Source: Nitrospinota bacterium (GTDB taxonomy: Bacteria; Nitrospinota_A; UBA7883; JACRGQ01). Taken from it: DNA of 32,000 bases. Made by a program: the position numbers and the translations under genes. The stretch spans positions 22,230 to 54,229 of the forward strand of contig JAOUMJ010000020.1 in assembly GCA_029881495.1 (NCBI GenBank), written 5' to 3'. The notes under the pieces are model-generated. The model was not told the origin of the DNA. It saw nothing but the letters and a program-made list of their open reading frames with translations, and did not search any database. Position 1 is the stretch's first letter; each line of letters starts with the position of its first letter. Below are positions 1-8,153 of the stretch, in pieces.

Positions 1-1
1 A

Positions 2-529
2 TACGACTATGGCGACAGGGTTTACGGGTTAAGCAGTTTCCAGGAAAACACGTTCAGGATATCCCGGCGCGATTTCGACAAGCTGGTAAAGAGGCCCGAT
101 GATTTTATTGATCGGAAAATATTCAAGGTGCTCCAGGCGGAGATATCAAAACTCTCCATCCATTACGAGGGGGAGAATTATCTGCTTGAAAAAAGCGGAA
201 GCAAGTGGAAGATGAACTCGCCACAGAAGGGCGAAGTATCCATAAGGAGAGTTGGACAGCTGATTTCATCGGTATTAAGCAGTGAATACGTGAAAATGGA
301 AGAAGGAAAAGCAAATACCGGTAGCAGCGGCTCCCCCAGCGTTCCTCTCGCTGTAATCTCCATGACGGATGCGTCCGGCAAAAGCGCGCATGAAATAACA
401 GTCATGGGCTTTACAAGGGATAAGACGATGCTTAAGGCAAGAGTAAAAGGGAGGGATATTTTGTATTACCTCCCGGAAAGTTTCCTCAAGAATATTTCAA
501 TGGATAAGCTTGAAGGATTGATCATATGA
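2..529 (+). CDS. DUF4340-like protein, 5'-truncated by the window edge
   Basis: Frame 2 has no stop codon from nt 2 up to the GTG at 128 listed in the ORF track, so the gene runs off the left edge. The C-terminal sequence ('...YLLEKSGSKWKMNSPQKGEVS...') resembles DUF4340 proteins, which normally follow GldG-like ABC-transporter accessory genes. This is by-eye similarity only. The stop overlaps the grpE start (ATGA at 526-529). Confidence 0.45.
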   Translation, partial: YDYGDRVYGLSSFQENTFRISRRDFDKLVKRPDDFIDRKIFKVLQAEISKLSIHYEGENYLLEKSGSKWKMNSPQKGEVSIRRVGQLISSVLSSEYVKMEEGKANTGSSGSPSVPLAVISMTDASGKSAHEITVMGFTRDKTMLKARVKGRDILYYLPESFLKNISMDKLEGLII

Positions 530-1125
530 GCGAAGCGAAAGAAGAGCTGATAATAAAAGATAGACGGCACTGGGTTCTTGAGGAAGCGAACGAAAAGAGC
601 CGGAATGATTCAGTCGTCGAGGCCGATATTGAACGTCTCCCTACATATGTGCAACAGCTACAACTTCAGGCCGAGGAGCACGACAAAAAACTCAAGGAGT
701 ATATTGCCGCGTACAAAGAGAAAATGGTCGAGAACGATCAGTTCAGGGCAAGGCTTGAGAAAGATGTCAATAGAAGGGTTGAGCAGGGGATAGGGAGCCT
801 GATGAAACAGATAGTGCCGGTGCTGGACAATCTTGATCTTGCCGTTGCCTCTGCGGATGGCGCGAAAGACGCGGAAAAGATGAGGGAGGGGCTAGTACTT
901 ATCAGGAATTCCATGGTAAATATTCTTAAGAATTCAGGTGTTATGGAAGTAGAGTGCATGGGAAAAACGTTTAATCCCGCCGTCGCGGAAGCTGTAGCCA
1001 GCGTTGCCGTTGAGAATGAGGATGAAGACAATATTGTAATCGAAGTGCTGCAATCTGGTTATATGCTGAACGAACTGCTGATCAGGCCTGCGCGCGTGAA
1101 AGTAGGAAAGTACGAAAAGCGATGA
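526..1125 (+). CDS. grpE: nucleotide exchange factor GrpE
   Basis: 199 aa. A charged coiled-coil N-terminus is followed by GrpE signature stretches ('[12 protein letters not shown]', 'FNPAVAEAV', '[16 protein letters not shown]'). It has a 4-nt overlap with the downstream dnaJ. Confidence 0.95.
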   Translation: MSEAKEELIIKDRRHWVLEEANEKSRNDSVVEADIERLPTYVQQLQLQAEEHDKKLKEYIAAYKEKMVENDQFRARLEKDVNRRVEQGIGSLMKQIVPVLDNLDLAVASADGAKDAEKMREGLVLIRNSMVNILKNSGVMEVECMGKTFNPAVAEAVASVAVENEDEDNIVIEVLQSGYMLNELLIRPARVKVGKYEKR

Positions 1126-2228
1126 TTAAAAGGGATTATTATGAAGTTCTTGGGGTAGAGAGAAACTCGGATAAATCGGAGATCAAAAAGGCCTACAGGA
1201 AGGCCGCGATGAAATATCACCCCGATAAAAATCCCGGCGACAAGGAAGCTGAAGAGAAATTCAAGGAATCATCGGAGGCATATGAAGTTCTTCATGACGA
1301 TGAAAAACGGAGGCTCTACGACCAGTTCGGCCATGACGGTTTAAAAAGGACGGGATTCAGCGGATTTCGCGGCGCGGAAGATATCTTTTCCGCCTTTGGC
1401 GACATTTTCGGCGACATTTTCGGCGGAGGCTTCTCCGGCGGATTCGGAAGAAGAAAACAGCAGGGGCAGGGGGGAGACCTTCGATACGATCTGGAGATAT
1501 CCCTTGAGGATGCGGCCCGCGGGATGGACAAGGAGATAACTGTTGTCAAGAATATCCTCTGTCCCGTTTGCGAAGGGTCCTGTTCCGCAGAAGGGTACGG
1601 GCCTACAACATGCTCGACGTGCAACGGGCAGGGGCAGGTTGCACGGAGGCAGGGATTTTTCTCGTTTGCCGTAACATGCCCGAAATGCAACGGACAGGGG
1701 CAGGTGATTAAAAATCCGTGTAAAAAGTGCGGCGGCACCGGCGTTGAAATGAAAGAGAGAAAACTTCGGGTAAAGGTTCCGGCAGGGATCGAAAGCGGGC
1801 AAAACCTCCGACTCACAGGCGAAGGGGAACCGGGCAAATACGGCGCGCGTAACGGCGATCTCTTTGCCGTAGTCCATATACGCCAGCATGACAACTTCGA
1901 GCGTCACGGCGACGATCTCGTATGCCAGTTGCCGATCTCGTTTGCGCAGGCGGCTCTTGGCGCGGACATGGAAATAAAAACGCTTCTTGATGAAGCTACT
2001 ATAAAGATCCCGCCGGGCACGCAGTCTCAGTCATTGTTGAGGGTAAAGGGCGAGGGGATGCCGATGCTCCAAAGAAAAGGGAGAGGCGATCTTATCGTTC
2101 AGGTGATAGTTAAAACACCCGAAAACCTCACGGGCGAACAGGAAGAGATATTAAGAAAGTTTGCGGAAATATCGGGCGATAGCGTGAAAGGGAAGAACAA
2201 GGGGGTCTTCGAAAAACTTTTCCGTTAA
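1122..2228 (+). CDS. dnaJ: molecular chaperone DnaJ (type I Hsp40)
   Basis: J-domain with HPD ('[10 protein letters not shown]'), a G/F-rich linker, four Cys-rich zinc-finger repeats ([32 protein letters not shown]) and C-terminal substrate-binding domains. 368 aa. Confidence 0.97.
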   Translation: MIKRDYYEVLGVERNSDKSEIKKAYRKAAMKYHPDKNPGDKEAEEKFKESSEAYEVLHDDEKRRLYDQFGHDGLKRTGFSGFRGAEDIFSAFGDIFGDIFGGGFSGGFGRRKQQGQGGDLRYDLEISLEDAARGMDKEITVVKNILCPVCEGSCSAEGYGPTTCSTCNGQGQVARRQGFFSFAVTCPKCNGQGQVIKNPCKKCGGTGVEMKERKLRVKVPAGIESGQNLRLTGEGEPGKYGARNGDLFAVVHIRQHDNFERHGDDLVCQLPISFAQAALGADMEIKTLLDEATIKIPPGTQSQSLLRVKGEGMPMLQRKGRGDLIVQVIVKTPENLTGEQEEILRKFAEISGDSVKGKNKGVFEKLFR

Positions 2229-2261
2229 GCTCCCATCAGAGCCGTGGCGAAGAGGCCACAG

Positions 2262-3248
2262 TTATATCAGAATTTCAACTGCCAGAAGAATGAGCGCTAT
2301 TCCCAGAAACCACTGAAACCTGTCAACGTATGTTGTAAATTTCGTAGAAGAGATATCGCTTTTCTCAAGGGCGCGGATAGATTCTATTATCGGATTGATG
2401 TTGAATACGCCGCCGGATGACGATATGAAAAGCGCATCGGTGATGTTGGCCACTTCATTCAGGGCGTCGCTGTTTTGCCGCGTAAAGACAGTGTTCCCGG
2501 AACTGTCCTTTTTATATCCAGCTAGATCGCCGTTATTATCCTTTATCGGTATAGGCGCTCCTGTTTCGCTTCCAAGCCCGACCGTATAGATCCTTATTTT
2601 CTTTTTTGCCGCTTCCCTCGCCGTTTCAGCGGGATTCCCTTCATTGTCTTCCCCGTCCGTAATAAGCACGATCACCTTTGATTTGGATTGGCTCTGCTCA
2701 AGGAGTGTTATCCCTTTTTTCATAGCTCCTGAAATATCGGTTCCGGAAAGAGGGGCGGAGCTGAAGCTGATGGAGTTGAGAAACATTTTAAATGTGGAAA
2801 TGTCGAGCGTGAGCGGACATTCCACGCCGCTGGAGCCCGCAAACACAAGAAGGCCCACCCTGTTTCCGGCGAAGGTATCGGCAAGCCGCTCGATCTCTTT
2901 TTTGGCCTTGGCAAGGCGGCTTGGAGCAACATCCTCCGCGGCCATGCTCAGCGAGATATCGAGCATCACGAGGATATCTATCCCGACACGCTTCACTTCC
3001 TTTGGCTCAACACCGAACTGGGGCCGCGCAAGAGCGACAATAAGAACTGTAAGCGATGTCATGAGCAGGGCAAATTTCAAGAACCTTTTCCACCTGTCGG
3101 CGCCGGAGAGGAGCTTTGGGAGGAGTGAAGAGTCGGCGAATTTCTCAAGACGCTTTGCGAACTCCTTGTTGAAAAGCCAGAATAGAAGAACGAGCAAAGG
3201 CACAATTGCCAAAAGATATAGCCATTCATGACTGCCGAATTTTATCAT
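2262..3248 (-). CDS. vWA domain-containing membrane protein, BatB-like
   Basis: N-terminal TM helices, then a von Willebrand A domain with the MIDAS DxSxS motif ('LDISLSM'), and a C-terminal TM helix. It has a 4-nt overlap with the upstream paralogue, the typical BatA/BatB arrangement. Confidence 0.8.
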   Translation of the reverse strand: MIKFGSHEWLYLLAIVPLLVLLFWLFNKEFAKRLEKFADSSLLPKLLSGADRWKRFLKFALLMTSLTVLIVALARPQFGVEPKEVKRVGIDILVMLDISLSMAAEDVAPSRLAKAKKEIERLADTFAGNRVGLLVFAGSSGVECPLTLDISTFKMFLNSISFSSAPLSGTDISGAMKKGITLLEQSQSKSKVIVLITDGEDNEGNPAETAREAAKKKIRIYTVGLGSETGAPIPIKDNNGDLAGYKKDSSGNTVFTRQNSDALNEVANITDALFISSSGGVFNINPIIESIRALEKSDISSTKFTTYVDRFQWFLGIALILLAVEILI

Positions 3249-4234
3249 TCGTGAAGACTCCTCAGGAACCTGTTACGCAAGATCCATTCGAAAAGAAGAG
3301 GGAAGAGCGCAAGCCCGGCGAGCCAAGTGAACTGTTCCGTATATTCATAATAGATATTGCTTTTCACTTCGGATTTTTCCAGGTGGTCGATCTCGTCATA
3401 TATCCCTGTAAGTTCCTTTTCGTTGCGAGCGGCATAATACCTGGCCCCTGTTTTAGACGCTATTTCGCGTAACAGCGCTTCGTCTATTTCACTTTTTACC
3501 GAAACTTTCCTTTTTCCGTATCGCGGATCGTCGATGGTTTGCTGAAAGATCCCTTCTCTGCCAACCCCGATCGTGTAGACTTTTATCTTCTCGGCAATCG
3601 CAAGCTCGGTCGCCGACCGCGGATCTATAAGCCCCCGGTTGTTCACGCCGTCCGTCAGGAGGATTATGATTTTGCTTGTCGCCTTTGAATCCCTCAGGCG
3701 GTTGATGCCGTTGGCGATCGCCATTCCGATCGCAGTGCCGTCCTCCAGAAGTCCGCTGTGAACCGGCGCGATGAAGGATCTGAGGACGTCGTAATCGAGG
3801 GTAAGCGGACATCTGGTGAAGCTGGTGCCGGCAAAGAGTATAAGCCCTATTCTGTCATTCACCCGGTTGCCGATGAATCTCGAAATTGCGTTTTTTGCGG
3901 CTTCCAGCCGAGAGGGCTGCATATCCATTATGTCCATGCTGGTCGACGTATCAAGGGCAAGATAGATATCGATACCCTCGCGGGTAATTTCCCGGTACCC
4001 CTGCCCGGTCTGCGGGCGCGCTATGGCGAAGATAAGGAGCAGTATCGCAAAGATTCTCAGCGTAAAAGGGAGAGGGCGCAGGCGCGTAATCCCGGATGGA
4101 GCTATCGCTTTTATCCTCCCGATGGAGGAGTACCGAATCCCGCTCTTCTTTGCTCTGAATCTCCTCCGGTACAGGATCGCCAGAAACGGGACCAATGCCA
4201 ATAAAAGCAGGAAGTAAGGGTGTGCAAATCTCAT
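3245..4234 (-). CDS. vWA domain-containing membrane protein, BatA-like
   Basis: The N-terminus 'MRFAHPYFLLLLALVPFLAILY' is typical of BatA. Two TM helices, a vWA domain with MIDAS 'LDTSTSM', and a C-terminal TM helix. Confidence 0.8.
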   Translation of the reverse strand: MRFAHPYFLLLLALVPFLAILYRRRFRAKKSGIRYSSIGRIKAIAPSGITRLRPLPFTLRIFAILLLIFAIARPQTGQGYREITREGIDIYLALDTSTSMDIMDMQPSRLEAAKNAISRFIGNRVNDRIGLILFAGTSFTRCPLTLDYDVLRSFIAPVHSGLLEDGTAIGMAIANGINRLRDSKATSKIIILLTDGVNNRGLIDPRSATELAIAEKIKVYTIGVGREGIFQQTIDDPRYGKRKVSVKSEIDEALLREIASKTGARYYAARNEKELTGIYDEIDHLEKSEVKSNIYYEYTEQFTWLAGLALFPLLFEWILRNRFLRSLHE

Positions 4235-4259
4235 AAATTATAAATCCATTTCCGATTAA

Positions 4260-4289
4260 TTGGCTATTCTAAAGCTCTTTTGCTATAAT
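4260..4289 (+). promoter_or_regulatory. putative sigma70 promoter with extended -10 (TTGGCT-N18-TGcTATAAT)
   Basis: -35-like TTGGCT at 4260-4265, and TG at 4281-4282 followed by a perfect TATAAT at 4284-4289. It faces the 4454 gene. This is a sequence match only. Confidence 0.35.
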
Positions 4290-4453
4290 AAGAACACAAG
4301 ATGTTCAGCAGAGCGCTTTTTTTTGGCGCCTAATAACCGTTGACAAGCGGTTTTTTAATCTGCTACCTTGTCGCTGTATCTGGGGACGGGCTATTTCCAG
4401 CAGATGGAAAATGTTCCGCAATATTTTCGCAGTTAATCTACGGATCAAAAATA

Positions 4454-4897
4454 ATGAATAATTCTAATTCAGGAAACAGAAGCCAGCGCCCAGGCGGCCC
4501 TCCGCACGGCAAACCGAGAGGCTCACAGGGGCCGCAGGGAAGAAGCAGACCCGTATCTTCAAACTATCAGGTAGATCTTTTTCATCACCAGATAGGCGCC
4601 AAGGCGGGACAGCAGCCGAGCGGCCACACGAGACCCTCTTCGGGCGGTGGTCCTCGATATGGACAGTCCAAGGGGATTAATGCGCGCCCCGCACAAGGGA
4701 GGCATCAGGCACCAAGACCTAAGGGTCCGGTTGGTCCATCGAAATCACAGAGAAAAGGGTACACGGTACACAATTTCGAATTGAAGGACGAACTCTACAA
4801 GAACTTCGAGGAAAAGCTGAAGGAGACTTCCAAAACTCCGAAGGAAGTCATTAACCAGCTGATAAGCTTTTTCAACATGGGTAAAATCAAGATTTAG
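4454..4897 (+). CDS. hypothetical basic protein: disordered G/P/Q/R/S-rich N-terminus plus ribbon-helix-helix-like C-terminal domain
   Basis: ATG at 4454 is preferred over the TTG at 4340, because the 38-aa extension looks non-coding. About 100 aa of low-complexity basic sequence are followed by 'GYTVHNFELKDELYKNFEEKLKETSKTPKEVINQLISFF', which fits the strand-helix-helix pattern of CopG/Arc/MetJ RHH domains. The gene lies 58 nt upstream of addB. Confidence 0.55.
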   Translation: MNNSNSGNRSQRPGGPPHGKPRGSQGPQGRSRPVSSNYQVDLFHHQIGAKAGQQPSGHTRPSSGGGPRYGQSKGINARPAQGRHQAPRPKGPVGPSKSQRKGYTVHNFELKDELYKNFEEKLKETSKTPKEVINQLISFFNMGKIKI

Positions 4898-4955
4898 CAT
4901 CTTGGTGCAAAAAACACTCCAACCGGCACTTCTCAACTTGCATTTACGCTGATCT

Positions 4956-7900
4956 ATGGATGAGCGTCTTCACGTCTATCCCACACGCTTAAAGGTCGAG
5001 GAGGTCGAGGCCGAAAGGTATCGCTCAGCCGGGGCTGTTTTCAGCAAACACCTGATAAGCATTTTCGAATTGGAAGGTCGGCTCGCCCGCGACCTCGTGC
5101 CATATAATCCGATAAGCGAAGTCGAGAGATGGCTTCTCATCAATCAGTCGATAATTTCCGAAAAATCGCTCGGAAGGGATAGAGCGATGGCCCCCCTCAT
5201 ATCAAGTGACGGATTCGTAAGATCCGTTGGGGAATTGATCCAGCAGATAAAACTCGGTCTTGTCGATTCAGCCGATCTTGAAAAAATAAACGGGTTTGCC
5301 CCCGGCAAGGAGGGGTGGATAAAAAAGGTATTTGCCGCCTATCAAAAATTGCTTCGAACCGAGGGGCTTTACGATTCCGCGGATATCAGCATGGAGCTTG
5401 TCAAAAAACTCCATGACGGAGTGGCTCCTCCTGCATGGTTGAGGAGTTTCAGCGGAATTGATTTTTTCGATATCTATCACTACACACCTTTCCGTTTCGA
5501 AATGATTACCCGGCTTGCTGAAGTGGTAAATATAGTTGTTCATTTCCCGTTGCCGGATGAGAGGCGGAAGGCGTTTGATTTTGTGGAACGGGACATTCAG
5601 AAATTCCAGAGCCTGGCCGGTATGGAAGGGAAGCTTGAGCTTGCGTTTGATTCTCTCCCAGGAGACGATCCCGGGAATAAGAAAAAAACCGCGCTTGATA
5701 TCCTTGCAGGGCAGATATTCTCAGAAGAGGCGGGGGATGCCGAAGAGGAAATATCCGATAGCGTAGAGGTGGTAAAAAATTCCGGCAGATACCGGGAGAT
5801 AGAGGAAGTCGCCTCAAGGATAATGGATCTCAAGGAGAGCCGGAGGAGTTGGTCTGATTTCTGTCTTGTATTCCGCCAGACAGGGAGCTACGCGAATATA
5901 GTGGAAGATGTTTTCCGCCGCGCCGGGATACCTGTCTATATAAGACGCGGATTGCCCGTAAAGAACAATCTTCTTGTAAAGACGATTCTTGGAATTTTCA
6001 GGATAATCGAAACCGGGTATGACCGGGATGAAATAGTAAAACTTATGACTTCCGATTACTTCGATATCGGCCTCTCCCGTGAATTTGCGAGATATCTTGA
6101 AAAAATATTCATGGATGCCGGAATCATCAGCGGTCCTCCCTCCTTGCTGGAAAAGAAATGCGCCGCTTATTTGAAACGGGGCATTGAAATGGATGGTGTG
6201 CCGGTAGCGGCAGAAACAGTCGACGATATTTCCGCGGGACTAAAAAAGGTATTTTCCATACTGAAGGAAGTTGAAAAACTCTCCCGCGCATCGAAAGCGG
6301 GGGAGACCATAGCGATATTCAGGAAGCTGCTAAAAATATTTTCTCCCAGGGCGATCCAGTTCGGCTTCCCGTTCTTCACAAGAGACCTCTTCTGCAAGGG
6401 GAGGTTCTATGAAGTAGTGGAGGAAGCTGAAAATGCGGTCAAGGAGCATAAGCTGGGGGAGTCCCGCTTCGGATGGGGGGATCTAAGGAGGTTGCTTTTC
6501 AACTCGCTTGGAAACGCGGAGCTTCCCGAATGGTCTGAGAAGAATCATGTCTACGCGCTCAATATCCATGAGCTGGCAGGGAGGAGGTTCCCTTACATTT
6601 TTGTTTGCGGTCTGCACGACGGGGAGTTCCCGCTTAAATCGGAGCATGGGGCTGTGCTTTCAGAATCTGAAAAAAAGCTTTTCAATGAAAAACACTCTGA
6701 AACCGTCCTCGCCCGAATGGCCGAGAGGAAAATGGGGAGGCAGGTTTTCAGCAGGCTCGGAGAGACGTGGGACGAAGAATCTTTCCTCTTCTTTCTTGCC
6801 GTACGTTCCGCGAGGGAGAAAATATATTTTTCATACTCCACGCACGACCTGAACGGAAAGGAACTCGGCAAGTCGACCTTTCTTTACGATATAAAAACGG
6901 TCTTACCTGCGCTTGCCGAAACAGCGACGAGGTCTGTCGCGCTTGAGAAGGGATATTTCGAGCAGATAGACCACCCGGCGCGTGAGGCAAAGCTGTTGCG
7001 CGACATTTTCAATACGCCAGAGGAAAACGCCGGAGCGTTGGCTGATTACTACAGAAGCGTGGTTGGCCATCCGGTCACGGGAAAGAGTTTCATAAACTCG
7101 TGCGAAAGGAGCATGATAGAAAGGGAGCGGGACAAATTTTATTCGTCTGCCGAGCCTGACGTCCGGGCAAACGCGTCAAGCGTATATACCGGCAAGGTTG
7201 GGGAGATGCCATTGCTCTCGGGATACGTTGAGAAGGAAGCGCGGAAAGGATTTTCCGCAACCGCGATCGAGAGGTTTGCAAATTGCGCGTTTCGCTATTT
7301 CATGGACAGGCCGCTCCAGGTAAAGCCGCAGGAGCTGCCAAGGGCCGATATTGAAAGGACCGTGAAGGGGAGCATCGCGCATGAGATCCTAGAGATATAT
7401 TATGCGCCAAAGGGGAAATTCAAGGTTCGCTCATCTCTTGAGCCTCGAAATGCGAGGGAGAAAAGGTTGAACACCGTTGCCGAAAAGGTATTTGCAAAGT
7501 GGGAGAAGTCCGAACTGAAAGGGGAGCCTGCCATCTGGGAGATAACCAAGGAGCAGATAAGGAGGGCGCTCTCGCTTTATCTCCGCTCCGAAGAGACAGC
7601 GTTCGAAAAGGAGCCCTTCACTGTGGTGGCTACCGAATTGAAGTTCGGCCCGGATGAACCCTTCTCCGTATCATTAAAACTGCCGGGCGGGGAGATGTCT
7701 TTCAACGGCCTTATCGACAGGATTGATCTTCTGGACGCGAAAGGGATGCTGAGGGTAGTTGATTACAAATATTCGAGCAACACATCGAAGTTCTCAAAAT
7801 TGGTGAAGAGTGAAAAATATGGCGAAGAGAGTTTTCAGGTTCCTGTATATCTTCTCGCCGCGCTGAATTTGGCAGAAAGAAAGGAAGAGTTCTCCGAAAT

Positions 7901-8153
7901 CAAAACGGCGGTGGCAAGCTACATCACCTTGAAGAAGGAGCCGAAGGAATCGGCTGTATCGCCAACGGCCTCGCTGTCGTCGGGTGACGGCGATTTCTCC
8001 TTCGATAACGCGGAATTCCTCTCGAGGTTTGAGAATATCAGAACGAAGATGAATTCGGGCGATTTTTCCGTTACGCCGAAGGATTGTGTTTTTTGCAAAT
8101 ACCGAAGGGCATGCAGGTACAGAGAGGTTATGAGCGTTGAACTTGGAGAGTAG
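4956..8153 (+). CDS. addB: AddB-type helicase-nuclease subunit B (PD-(D/E)XK nuclease family, no Walker A)
   Basis: 1065 aa. The C-terminal RecB-type nuclease motif is 'GLIDRIDLL...LRVVDYKYSS'. A canonical iron-staple Cys set is present ('FANCAF' ... 'DCVFCKYRRAC', i.e. C-Xn-C-X2-C-X5-C). No GxxxxGK[ST] motif occurs in the N-terminal region. An in-frame TGA at 4950-4952 prevents N-terminal extension. The 3' end overlaps addA. Confidence 0.8.
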   Translation: MDERLHVYPTRLKVEEVEAERYRSAGAVFSKHLISIFELEGRLARDLVPYNPISEVERWLLINQSIISEKSLGRDRAMAPLISSDGFVRSVGELIQQIKLGLVDSADLEKINGFAPGKEGWIKKVFAAYQKLLRTEGLYDSADISMELVKKLHDGVAPPAWLRSFSGIDFFDIYHYTPFRFEMITRLAEVVNIVVHFPLPDERRKAFDFVERDIQKFQSLAGMEGKLELAFDSLPGDDPGNKKKTALDILAGQIFSEEAGDAEEEISDSVEVVKNSGRYREIEEVASRIMDLKESRRSWSDFCLVFRQTGSYANIVEDVFRRAGIPVYIRRGLPVKNNLLVKTILGIFRIIETGYDRDEIVKLMTSDYFDIGLSREFARYLEKIFMDAGIISGPPSLLEKKCAAYLKRGIEMDGVPVAAETVDDISAGLKKVFSILKEVEKLSRASKAGETIAIFRKLLKIFSPRAIQFGFPFFTRDLFCKGRFYEVVEEAENAVKEHKLGESRFGWGDLRRLLFNSLGNAELPEWSEKNHVYALNIHELAGRRFPYIFVCGLHDGEFPLKSEHGAVLSESEKKLFNEKHSETVLARMAERKMGRQVFSRLGETWDEESFLFFLAVRSAREKIYFSYSTHDLNGKELGKSTFLYDIKTVLPALAETATRSVALEKGYFEQIDHPAREAKLLRDIFNTPEENAGALADYYRSVVGHPVTGKSFINSCERSMIERERDKFYSSAEPDVRANASSVYTGKVGEMPLLSGYVEKEARKGFSATAIERFANCAFRYFMDRPLQVKPQELPRADIERTVKGSIAHEILEIYYAPKGKFKVRSSLEPRNAREKRLNTVAEKVFAKWEKSELKGEPAIWEITKEQIRRALSLYLRSEETAFEKEPFTVVATELKFGPDEPFSVSLKLPGGEMSFNGLIDRIDLLDAKGMLRVVDYKYSSNTSKFSKLVKSEKYGEESFQVPVYLLAALNLAERKEEFSEIKTAVASYITLKKEPKESAVSPTASLSSGDGDFSFDNAEFLSRFENIRTKMNSGDFSVTPKDCVFCKYRRACRYREVMSVELGE

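Noticed and set aside
1398-1421. Perfect 12-bp tandem duplication, ggcgacattttc x2.
   Set aside because: It lies in the G/F-rich linker of DnaJ and encodes 'GDIFGDIF'. This is an in-frame coding repeat typical of that region, not a regulatory or mobile repeat.
2244-2259. Small hairpin GTGGC-GAAGAG-GCCAC between the convergent dnaJ and batB-like genes, as a possible terminator.
   Set aside because: It has only a 5-bp stem and no flanking U-tract on either strand, which is too weak to call.
4340-4453. TTG-initiated 38-codon N-terminal extension of the RHH-like protein (ORF-track start 4340).
   Set aside because: The extension ('MTSGFLICYLVAVSGDGLFPADGKCSAIF...') is hydrophobic and unlike the rest of the protein. 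The TTG is itself part of a TTGACA -35-like hexamer. The ATG at 4454 is the first canonical start.
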